Assembly (NCBI GenBank): GCA_013239625.1 | Contig: MU054220.1 | Location: 4,217,374-4,281,373, forward strand | DNA length: 64,000 bases | Source: Lama guanicoe | Lineage: Eukaryota | Direction of reading: 5' to 3' | Shown here: positions 50,661-62,700 of the stretch, in pieces | How positions within the stretch are numbered: position 1 is the first letter of the stretch | Layout: every line of letters starts with the position of its first letter | Position numbers and translations under genes: made by a program | The notes under the pieces: model-generated | Seen by the model: only the letters and a program-made list of their open reading frames with translations | Told to the model about the DNA's origin: nothing | The model's database searches: none

Positions 50661-53600
50661 CGCTTGCTGAATGTGAGAACGGACAAAATCTCCGCAGGCT
50701 AAAAGCCGAGTGTGGAAGAAGGGAACTAAAGGTCCTTCCTCCTTTCGTCACAGCCAGACCTACCATACCCCTTAACTCAGAAAGGAAGTCCGCAACAGCG
50801 CTGATCACCAGTTACCATCAATAATAATGTGATATCCTTTGTGTGAGAAGATCACGGTAATAATTCACCATCACTAAAGCACATGTTTTAAATTGCTTTT
50901 CCGGGAGCGGGTAAAGGGACATTTGCTGAGCCATTACGCTATCTTGCCCGGCCCCTGTGATCATCTACAGGCTGTTATGGGATGTCTGACCTGGGTCTTG
51001 AGCATGGTCTGGAGCTGTGAAAAGAGGTTTCCTTTGTGCGGAACCAGCTTACCTAACAGGCTTCTCCAACCCACAATCTTGGCCTCATTAACACCATGTT
51101 GTAACCAACAGAGTTAATCGGCCACAGGCATCATCATAATAGCTGCAGACAAACGAGTCCATGTCAGACACTCCCTCAGATGTGTAATGCTGCTGCTGTG
51201 CTCCCTCCTGCCCGGCTTGTATTTCAGCAGATTAAAATAATATGATACTATTACAGTTTTACAGAGCTCAGAGCAACAACACAGGCTGTGGGTCATAACT
51301 TCAGTCTGGCCTGTGGGCCTGGCAGACCCCATCAAGTGCATGGCCAGGTCCCTCTGCTCAGCACTGAGCACCTGCCTGTTCATGTCACACCAAGACCACA
51401 ATTCACTTCAATGTAATTAAGGAGATCTGTGAAGGGCTCCAGGCGCAAGTAACTATACTCAGCACCAGCAATGGGCAAGGTGGAGGAAAAGGGGCGGGGC
51501 GGGGGGCATCCACTCAGTTGGCACCTCTGCTGGATGGAAGCTGCGCCCTCTCCCTCTATCCCCTGTATTTAACTTGCATCAACAGCCCTCTTAGTCCATG
51601 CAAAACAAGTTCAAATCACTTTCCCAAAGTGTTCTTTTCAAGCCCCTATTTGCAGTAATAATAATAATCCTGGCTCCGTTTTAGGGTTGAATGCTGTTGG
51701 AATTTCAGTCCGCTTGCAATTAGCTGAAGCCACTTTCCAGTCTTCTCTCCAGAGAGACAAGCTGGTAACACTGGGTCACAGAACGCTAGACTATGCTGGT
51801 CGGAAAGCATCAGAGGGGTCGTGAGTTTCAGATGCCTTTGGAGCCGTCAGTGAGCACAGTTCCTCAGGCGGGGCCTCTCTGCCCTTGACTTACTCCAGGC
51901 AGCTGGATGCAATCAAGATACCATCCTTGTCACTTCATCTATAACTCTGCAGCTGACTACAGGATCAAAACGGAGTGGAACAGAAGGGGATGGGCCCTCT
52001 CTAATCGAGCCCCAGAGTAGTACGAAGTCGATTATGTATATAGTAAAGCATGTTCCCAGCCAGAAGAGCGAGAACTCAACTTCGACCTCCCTCTCCTCAT
52101 CGCTACCCACCTCCCACTCCAGTTCAACCTTTTTCTTTCTTACTTCAGGGAAATGCTCTGGGGTCAGCCTTCTGTCATTACTAACAGATGCCTCTACATA
52201 CTGTAGTGCGGGCATCTGAAACTTCATATTGCATCCCTGTACTTCTAGCAATAGTGCTCCCACAGCAGTGTTCAAATCACAAAGCCATTACTCAATTGTT
52301 TGCCTATTTTATCGAAATCCTCCAGATACAGTGCTAATTATTTTTAATTGCACACATCTTTGAAGACAGAAGTCCACGTCTGTTATAATAAACTCTATGC
52401 TTTGGGTAGGGGCTTAGCAATAATTCAAACAGTCCTTACATTTGGGGCCTATTCCACATCACCACTCAGAGACTGTAACAACATAACATCATCCTCTGTT
52501 CCTTCCATTCTAATTTTTATAGTCTTGGTCCCAACCACCTCTTACCTGGATTATGAAATAGCCTCCTCTCTGGACTCTCAGCTGTGCTCACTTGGCTGTT
52601 TTCAGAGTTAACTATCTATTCCTTTTTTTTCTTCCTCTCTCTCCCTTTTCAAAGCTTCCTGAGGTCTTTTGTGGCTTCTCATCACTAGAAGATCAAACTA
52701 AGATCTTCTACCTTTGTTCAAAAGGCGCAGAAGACAGCCCATATTACCGCCTGTAGAAAGTGCACCAGGGGGACACAGCTAAAGCAGATCCAGGACTAGC
52801 TCTGCCACTGATGACTTGTTCAACAGACCTATTCAAATTACTCTGCTTTCATTCTGCCATTTGCAAAATGAGGAGTTCGATTAAATGACCTCTAATGCAA
52901 TTTTAGGGCTAAGATCTTATATCTTTTTTCTCACTAACCTATTCCCAAGGAAACTAACTCAGCAACTGTGACCAGTTGCAAGTTGTAAGTTTCTAAATAG
53001 CATGGCCTGCCTTATTCAGCTTTGTTTAAAATGCCATACACATATGGGTACCCAATAAACGTTCCTGAAAAGAGGATAATGCACTATATTCTAAGCTGGC
53101 TTAGAGAGTGCATTTTAAACTCAGGGTGTGTGCTAACCACAGGCAGATTCAGGAAACAGACGGGGGTGGGGGCTGGGGGGTGAAGGGGGTAGGTGTAACA
53201 ACAGGTGGCACCCATCTGGGATACCCGACAGGCGATCACGGGCCAGCTCCGGGAGGAAAGTAACTCTGAAGTGGCTGCTACAGTCCTCACACTTTCAAAG
53301 GCATAGTTCCACAGGGGTAGTGCTACTGGTGAGAGGGATGCCATATGTACAGGATTCATGAGCCAGGAGAGGGAGTAAGAAGTGGTGAGAGAAACGGGGG
53401 GAATGTGGACTCAAGGTACCCCCAAACTGGGCCAGGGTTCATTTCTCTCCTGGCACACACCCCCTGGGCTTTGTCAATCCCTACCCATCACCGTGGAACA
53501 GAATGTTGTGACCCAGGCCATACCCTGTGGCCACGTGCCCAGGTCAGCCACTTGCAGATGGAACCCAACTTGCAGATGCCTTTGAATGAGTGGCCCTCCT

Positions 53601-55698
53601 TCCCTTCAGGGTTGTCTTGCATGTTGCCCAGATGGGAAAGGGGTAGCTGGCTGGGTTCCAATTTCTAGCTGGTTTCCACAGAGGAGCCAGTTATCGGATT
53701 CATTCTCAGCCCTCTGGGAACAAAGCTCACCTTTTATATTTGGAATTTCCTGAAATGAAGTGGAGTGGAGGGACTGATTGGCCTCGTTTTCAGCTCATGT
53801 TTTTAATTACAATGGTGGTTGGTAGCTTTTGTCAGGGGAGTGCTTTGCAAAAAGCCAAAGAGCCTCTGCCCACGCCTGGGACACAATTAACTGCTAACAC
53901 TGGGCATCCAGAGCAAGGGAACCCTGCAGCTGTCACCTGGGGTGCCCTAGTGCTGACTGGCTCTGACAAACACATGTGCATGCTGGGTTATGCATTAAGA
54001 TTTACCTGTTGGATCACTCCAGTCTGCCCGAGAGACCTTTCCAACACAAGGCGGGGTTCTGCTTAAAATAAGCTAAACAGGAAAACTGGTATCATGGGAT
54101 GGTTTCTGGGGTTTTGGCAGCAATCCTATTTGCCCTAGTCTGGCTGGAGGTCAGTGCCTGGGCTGAGAGACAAGATCTCCATTCCTTTCAAGTTCTTTCC
54201 TCAGGCCTAGGGCAGTGATGAAGGTGGAGACAGAGCGGGGTTGGCTGTAGCTGGTAGAGGAGTGTGTGCGATGAAATCTTTCACCGGGCACCACCATTAG
54301 GAAGGCACCACTGGAGAGACATTCACCATCTCAGCAGATAGCATGACCACAGGCCTTCTGTGCATGGTGAGGCAAAGACACACTTCAGCAGGCTGAGTCC
54401 CTGCCCACGCTAATTCGGGAGTCTGCAGCCACAGAGGTCACCTGGCAAGCAGGGGTCATTCAGTCCAGTTCCCTCATTAGACAGCTGAGAAAACGGAAGG
54501 CTGGAGAGGAAGCAGCTGTCCCGAGGTTACACACCCGACTCCCAGGCCATCCCTCTGCTCATGAAGTCACCTGATTTCCTGCTCTCCTGACTCTAAAAAG
54601 CACCTCCTCTCCCAAGCTCAGTTCTTCAGCTGTCCAACAAAGAAGGCAGATGATGGTGTCTAAAACCACACTCAGCGTCAGTGTGCTCAGCCGTGTGCAG
54701 CTGGGGGCAGAGACGGTACGAGTCGCACATGCAGATGGAATGACCTGAGAGAGAGCAGAACAGGGTAGGGAGAGGCGGTGGGGAAAACAACAGAATCTTT
54801 TGCTCCCCTCAGGACTCATCTGCCAAAAGCCAAAGGCTCTTCCATTAAACAGAGAAAGCCACGTGCTCACACTGTTGAAAGGAACTCCGTCAGCTGTGCA
54901 GCAAACTAGTGAGATTCCACATAGGACAGCCAAGGGCCTTCTGAAATCCTGTAATCTGTGAGACTCTGGGACAGAGAAGGAAGTACAAGCAAAAACAAGC
55001 TGAACAAAAGACTCAACTCAACTACTATTTTTCAAGAAGCAATGAATCTCTTGAGAGATAATAAAGAAAGGAAGGGGAGACGTGAGTTTGAGAGGATGGA
55101 ACAAGGAAGAGACAAGTCAGGATTGGATCATGAGCTTTCTAATTTTGCACTCCTTAAGACCCTCCAAACATGAAATCATTTTTATTTCCATAACCTCAAC
55201 TCCAGTGGGGGTCATACTATTTCGAAGTCTGATCCCAGAGGATCGTTTAATGAAGCTAAAAGAAGAAGAGTGATCATAAGCCAAATGGCTATTCTCTTTA
55301 AATCCTGCATGAGGCAGAAACAGAGACTTTAACTTTTCTAAACAACCATTCCTGAGCCTTGAAAATTCAAGTTGATCTTGGTGAGGCTGGATTTAACTGA
55401 CCAGGGACCAAAGATAACAGCTCTGTTGAGCAGGGAGGAAGTAACTCTCCCTACTTCAAGTCACTGCCCTGTGACTCCTATCACTCGCAGTCATGGATGC
55501 TATTGCAGAACTGGCCAGATTTGTTTTCTTCTAACTGTGCAAAGGGAAGAAATGGCATTGAACACAAACTGCAATCCTGGCTGACTTCAAAGCATAAATG
55601 TGGTTCCAAAATGACTCTTTAATGAGTTAATTCATCATAGTGTCCTATATGTGTGCTTAAATCCCATAATCACTGGGTGGAGAATCAAGAAGCAGAAG

Positions 55699-57240
55699 GC
55701 TCAACAAAACATTAGCAAACAGAATCCAACAACACATAAAAAAGATTATACACCACGATCAAGTTGGATTCATCCCAGGGACACAAGGATGGTTCAACAT
55801 ACAGAAATCAATCAGCATGATAAACCACATCAACAAGAGAAAGGACAACAGATGATCATATCAACAGATGCAGAAAATCATTCATTAAAATGCAACATCC
55901 ATTTATGATAAAATCTATAACCAAAGTGGGTATAGAGGGAACATACCTCAACGTAATAAAAACTATTTATGATGAACCTACAGCCAGCATAACAGTCCAT
56001 GCTGAAAAGTTGAAAGCCTTCCTGCTAAAATCTGGAACAAGACAAGGATGCACTCACTCTCAACACTTCTATTCAATACAGTATTGGAAGTCCTAGCCAT
56101 AGCAACTAGACAAGAAAAAGAAATAAAAGGGATCCAAATTAGAAGAGAAGAGGTAAAATTGTCATTATATGCGGATGACATGATACTGTATGTAGGAAAC
56201 CCTAAAGGCTCCATGCAAAAACTACTATAACTAATAGAAGAATTTGGCAAGGTAGCAGGATACAAAATTAACATACAGAAATCAGTTGCATTTCTTTATA
56301 CTAACAATGAAATATCAGAAAAGGAAAATAAAGAAACAATCCCTTTTAGGATAGCATCCAAAAAAAGAAAATACTTAGGAATAAATCTGACCAAGGAAGT
56401 GAAAGACATATATGCAGAGAACTACAAAACATTGACAAAAGAAATTAAAGATGACTTAAAGAAACGGAAAGATATCCCATGTTCTTGGATTGGAAGAATT
56501 AATATTATTAAAATGGCCATACTACCCAAAGCAATCTACAGATTTCATGTGATCCCTATCAAATTACCCAGGACATTTTTCACAGAAGTAGAACAAATAA
56601 TCCTAAAATTTATATGTAATCACAAAAGACCCAGAATTCCCACAGCAATACTGAAGAAAAAGAATGAAGCTGAAAGAATAACCCTCCCAGACTTCAGACA
56701 ACACTCAGAGTTAATCAGAACAGCACAATATCGGCACAGAAACAGACATATGGATCAATGGAACAGAATAGAGAGCCCAGAAATGAACCCACAAACTTTT
56801 GGTCAATTAATCTTTGACAAAGGAGGCAAGAACATACAATGGACCAAAAACAATCTCTTTACCAAATGGTGTTGGGAAAACTGGACAGCTGCATGTAAAT
56901 CAATGAAGTTAGAACACTCCCTCACACCATACACAAAAATAAATTCAAAATGGCTTAAAGAGTTAAACATAAGAAAAGACACAATAAATCTCCTAGAAGA
57001 AAACATAGGCAAAACATTATCTGACATAAATCTTAGCAATGTTCTCCTAGGGCAGTCTACCCAGGCCAAAGAAATAAAAGCAAAAATAAACAAATGCAAC
57101 CTAATTAAACTCATAAGCTTCTGCACAGCAAAGGAAACCATAAGCAAAACAAAAAGACAACCGACAGAATGGCAGAAAATATTTGCAAAAGATGAGACTG
57201 ACAAGGGCTTAATTTCTAGAATATATAAACAGCTCATACA

Positions 57241-57279
<39 letters not shown>

Positions 57280-58244
57280 CAACCCAATCCAAAAATGGGC
57301 AGAAGACCTAAACAAACAATTCCCCAATGAAGACATACAAATGGCCAATAGGCTTGTGAAAAAAATGCTCAATATTGCTGAGTATCAAATAAATGCAAAT
57401 CAAAACTACAATCATCTCACACTAGTCAGAATGGCCATCATTCAAAAGTCCACAAATGGGTAAATGCTGGAGAGGGTGTGGAGAAAAGGGAACCCCCCTA
57501 CACTGCTGGTAGGAATATAGTTTGGTGCAGCAGTTATGGAAAACAGTATGGAGATTCCTCAATAGATTAAAACTAGACTTACTATATGATCCAGCAATCC
57601 CACTCCTGGGCACATATCCAGAGGGAACCTTAATTTAAAAAGACACATGCACCCCAATGTTCATAGCAGCACTATTTACAATAGCCAAGACATGGAAACA
57701 ACCTAAATGTCCATCAACAGATGACCTGATAAAGAAGTTGTGGTATATTTATCAATGGAATACTACTCAACCATAAATAATAATAAAATAATGCCACTTG
57801 CAGCAACACAGATGCACCTGGAGATGGTCATTCTAAGTGAAGTAAGCCAGAAAGAGAAAGACAAATACCATATGATATCATGTATATGTGGAATCTAAAA
57901 AAAAAAAAAAAAAAGACAAATGAACTTATTTACAAAACAGAAAGAGACCCACAGACATAAAAAACAAACTTACGGTTATCGGGGGTTGGGGAAGGAAGGG
58001 GTAGGAAGGGATAAATTGGGAGTTTAAGATTTGCAGATACTAACTAATAAATATAAAATAGATAAACAAGTTTATACTGTATAGCACAGGGAACTGTATT
58101 CAATATCTTGTAGTAACTTATGTTGAAAAAGAATATGAAAATGAATATACGTATGTTCATGTATGACTGAAGTATTATGCTGTACACCAGAAACTGATAC
58201 AACATTGTGAACTGACTATATTTCAATAAAAAGTTTAAAAAAAA
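55699..58244 (+). mobile_element. 5'-truncated LINE-1 (ORF2 RT and C-terminal domain, 3' UTR, A-tail), inactive, antisense to EXT2
   Basis: ORF2 peptides GTRQGC..S.LLFN.VLEVLA, YADD (56168-56179) and [24 protein letters not shown] (ORF 56399-57463), broken by frameshifts and stops. AATAAA plus A-tail at ~58225-58246. 12-bp TSD aagaagcagaag (55687-55698) / aagaagtagaag (58245-58256). Confidence 0.95.
57245..57274 (+). repeat. (AAT)10 microsatellite inside L1 ORF2
   Basis: Read directly; gives an in-frame Asn10 run in ORF 56399-57463. Confidence 0.95.
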
Positions 58245-58579
58245 AAGAAGTAGAAGAACTCTTTTAAATCACTTATTTATATCCCATTTATTTCCCCCCC
58301 AGAATCAACTGGGATAGCTTACACTAAAAGGCAAAAACTAGAATAAAGTCCAAACTATCAAAACAGATGATGCCCTCAATAGCATTTCTTTAAAAATCCA
58401 AAGATGTTCCACCTATCTTAAAAATATTAATCCTGATATCAAGTTCTAGAAAGACAATCCCACAGCAAGCTAAAGTCATAATTTAGGGATGGAGAGGTTT
58501 GAGTGTTCCTATTTATTAATTCATCTACTCATTCAACTCTTAGATACTTACTGAGCTCTCAGTATGTTTTAAATTAAAC

Positions 58580-59770
58580 ATTTTTTTTGAGACAGTTGTA
58601 GATTCAAAAGTAGTTGTTAAGAAATTATGCAGAGAGATCTTTTGTGCTCTTTACTCAGTTTCTCCCAATGGTAACATCTTGCAAAACTATACTGTGATAT
58701 GACAACATGATACCAACATGGATACAGTCAAGATACAGAGCATTTCCATCTCCACAAGGGTCCCTAATGTTGACTTTTTATAGACCCTCCCCATCCAGGT
58801 TCCCTCTGACAACTGCTGTTCTCCATTTCTACAACTTTGCAATTTCAAGAAGGCTATAAATCAGTGGAATCATACAGTAGGTAACCTTTTGGGATTAGCA
58901 TTTTTCACAGAGCATAATTCCCCAGACACTCATCTAAGTTGTTCTGTGTATCAATAGTTTGGTCCTTTTCGTTGCTGAGTAGTATTCCATGGTGTGGATG
59001 TACCACAGTTTGTTTCATCATTCTCCCCCTGAAGGATATCTGGACTAATTCATTTTTGGCAGTACAAATGAAGCTGCTACAAAAATTCACGTATAGGTTT
59101 TTGTGTGGGCATAAATGTTCTTGCCTCTGGATAAATGCCCAAGTGTGCAACTGGTGAGTCATAGGGTAGTTGCATGTTTACTTTTATAAGAAATTGCCAA
59201 AACGGTTTTTCTGGAGTGGCTGTACCATTCCGTAACAGTAATGGAAGAGAGATCCAGTTTCTCTGCCTCTTCACCAGCATTTGCTTTTGTCACTATTTTT
59301 TTTTATTTTAGCCATTCTGAGAGGTGTATAGTGATATATAATTACGGTGTTAATTTGCATTTTCTTAATGGTTAACAATGTCAAACATCTTTCCATGTGC
59401 TGATTGCCATCCGTATATCCTCTTCAGTGACATAACTGCTCGTGTCCCTTGTCCATTTTCTAACAGGTTGTCTTTTACTGTTGAATTCTGAGAGTTCTTT
59501 GTAAATTCTAGAGGTTTAGTCCTTTGTTGGGTATGTCATTCACAAATATTTTCTCTTAGTCTGTAGCTTGTCTTTTAATCCTCTTCACAAAGTCTTTCAC
59601 AGAGCAAAAGTGTTAAATTTTGATGAGGTCCAATTTATCAGTTTTTCCTTTTATGAACCACACTTCTCTTTGTCTAGCCCTAAATCCTGACGATTTTTCT
59701 CCTTAAGTTTTTTCCCAAAAGTTTCATAGTTTTGTTTTACATTTAAGTCCATGATTCAATTTCAGTTAAT
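58580..59770 (-). mobile_element. Old LINE-1 3' region (L1MB/L1MC-like)
   Basis: Minus-strand L1 ORF2-end/3' UTR text (gtagtattccatggtgtggatgtaccacagtttg; ttttagccattctgagaggtgtatagtgatat..ttaatttgcattttcttaatg); ORF remnant FWQFLIKVNMQLPYDSPVAHLGIYP. Confidence 0.8.
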
Positions 59771-62700
59771 CAGTGTAAAAGTTTACTCTTTGCTCTGTTT
59801 AGCAGGCCAGCAAGGAGAAGACCAGATTTCTCTCTCTGAATATAAACTACAGAATCATTTAACTTTGAAAAACTCCTAATAATTTCACTTGTAGAAACTA
59901 TATATAAGAAAGTCAATGTTCAATCACATTAAGTTCACTCATCCAGTCAATAAACACGTACTGAGCACCTGCTATGTGTTGAGTGTTAGGCATATAGTAG
60001 TAAACCAGGCAGACACAATCCTGTCTGTATGGACTGCACTAAAGGGGAGTTTTTCAACCCAGCCCCAGATCTATGCCATGGATATAATTAGTGGCTTGGG
60101 TTGTAAGAAGTTAGCCCCTTCTTTCCCCTTCCAGGAGCAGGGTGTCATCATGTGATCAGGACCTCTGCCCCACCCCTCATACCTCCAATCCAACCCAGCA
60201 ACTGGATGGGAACCTAGAAATTTTATTTTTAATGGTTGCCAACTCTTCATCTAAATCAGTCAAGAGACAGTAGCAAACATATTGCAATCATGAAGAATGT
60301 GAATCCTACCCACCAATTTTTGAGCACCAAGAAACAAATCGGATCTAAGAGGTGAGCTATAATTTAATACCACACTGATAGTTCACCTTGCTTTGTTGAG
60401 ATTCATTCTCCCAGCTGTGACATTTCTAAGGGCAGGGGACTATTCCGATGCTTTAAAATTTTCTTTCTATTTGGCCAAAATGGGGACTCACCATGTCTAA
60501 TGCAATAGCAACCACCAACCACTGTCTCAAACTCACAATTGTGTGGGCAGTTTTACGACTGGCAACGAACGGTGCGGCTTCACATTTGGGAATCACATCA
60601 GAGTTCTGCTCAGAAAGCTGCAGGCGCCGCCCTCCTGAGAGCCGCTGGAGGAGCTCAGCGCAGGGATGCTGCCGCGGCTTTCATTTCCCCTGGTCCGGTG
60701 CCAAGTCCTGCACGCACGCCTCTTTTAAGCATCTCTATCAAAATCAAGGCAGATAAGCAGCCCGTGCAAGACAAATTCCCTCTATCCCCAAATCATAAAC
60801 CAAATCCTGAAGCTCTGGATTCCTGGAGAGGCCAAAGCCTGTAATCAATCCCGAAGAGACAACAGGAAGGTTTTAGAACAATAGCCCGCAAACATATGGA
60901 TCCTCTCAGGGCTGGAATATCATGGTAGTTATCTCCTTTTGAGTAGGGGGAGGGGAAGTACACATTCTTTAAACCATCAAGTGTACCAACACCTCTTAAA
61001 AATAACTATCCCACATTCTAAGCATTAGTCCTGGAGGCCCGGAACCTACAGAGCCAGGTGGGCCTGCCGGGGCTGCAGACAGGAAAGACGGTGAGGCGTG
61101 GCGGGGGCACAGGGCTGGGAGTGGAGAGGTCAGGACAGGTCTTTCCTCACCAGCAGAGCCTGACACAAAATCAGCGCTTGTAGAAAACAGCAAAACCAAC
61201 TCACCGGACTTCCGTGGGATGAGAGTCTGTGAGGACGAGACGCCCGTCCAGGGTCGGCTGTGCCAGCAGGCGGCACGTGCCCTCCTCTTTGGGGCAGGGA
61301 GCCCGAGTCCTGGCCTGGCTGTTGCATGAATGGCTAGGCAAACACGTTCTGGGCTTGCTGTTTTAATTTGCTCAGTGGGGAAGGAAAAAGTGTCACTATA
61401 TTATAATTCCCAACTGGGTGCTTTTTCAAACCATCAGATGTTATTTCAATGTTCAGCAGACATATTCGATTTCCTTCCCTTAATATTTGTTTGACTTATT
61501 CTCCGACGGGGACTGGGTGCTTTAGAAAAGCTCTGTGAGGTCAAACCTGACTGCGGCTTCTCTCAGCACCTCCGTGGGCTCCGGCCTGCGGCCTGGGGTC
61601 GGCTTTCAGCAGCGGCCGCTCAGCAGCGGCACACGTGAACCGTTCTCCCCCCAGGTCCCGTGAGCCTTGGGGGAGTAAATCAATGCAAGCTGGAGACAGG
61701 ACAGATCTGACAGAGGAGTCAGTCCTCCTCGAGGCTGAAAACAGGGCGCCTGAAGTGCTGTGGAGAAGATCCCCAGGTGGGAATTCTCTAGAAAGGACTC
61801 CCCTCCGATCACAGCCTGGCACAGGTCTCCTGTGAGGGTGCTCTGACTATACCTCGTGGGCAGGGACACTCACAGGATGAGCATCTGGCCCACTCCCTCT
61901 TCTGAAGACAAGTCTCTATAAAGGCAACTCTTCCTGTACTTAAGAAAAGTGAAAACACAGAGGTAAAGATAGACAGACGTCCTTCCAATATTCAATACTG
62001 CACTGATGCGTATGGTGGCCAGCCAGGAAAGGGACTCAGAGGGGAACTGTTATTCGCTCAGATGTAACACGCCAGGCTCGAAAAGAGCTGCCAGCCACCA
62101 GCTTCTTCAGATACTAAGTGAAGAGGGCACGCCGCAAGTCCTAAACATTTTTTGGTTTTCAAAAAGCTCAGCTTTGGCAAAAGGGTTCTAGCTACTGTAA
62201 AGCTTTAGCACAGACCCAGCACAAATGCTGACCCAGAACCGCCCTGACAAGGTTTGGTTTTGTGCAAGACAGACCCGGCTCACTGGGACTCCCAGTGCCT
62301 GCTGTCCACCAGCAGCCACGGGGACTGACTCCAGTGCTGGCCCCAGAGCACAATGCTGCAACCATCCGTCATCCAGAGACGAGAAGGAAACACCTGAATC
62401 CCCAGTCTCTCCAGGCAGCCACTAGGTCAGACTACATGAAGGCCCAAGAGGTCAAGGAATGGAAGTCTGCAGCACTGGTTCTCACTGAAAGCTGAGACAC
62501 TTCCAATAAAGAGGCTTTCTGCTGCAGGGATGCCTCTTGCATTTTGGGGCCCTGCTTTAGGAAAGTTGCATTTTTATTACTCTTGGCTGTAAGAACCCAG
62601 TTTCTCGGTGGCCTAGATGAACGCAAAGGGTATAAGCCTGCCGTAGGGCCCACGCACGGCAGGGTGAGACAGATGGTTCCATGACCAGCAAGAAAACTCT

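Noticed and set aside
56803..57372. 189-aa hydrophobic minus-strand ORF resembling a membrane protein
   Set aside because: It is the antisense reading of L1 ORF2, a well-known artefact; the poly-Leu comes from the (ATT)n repeat.
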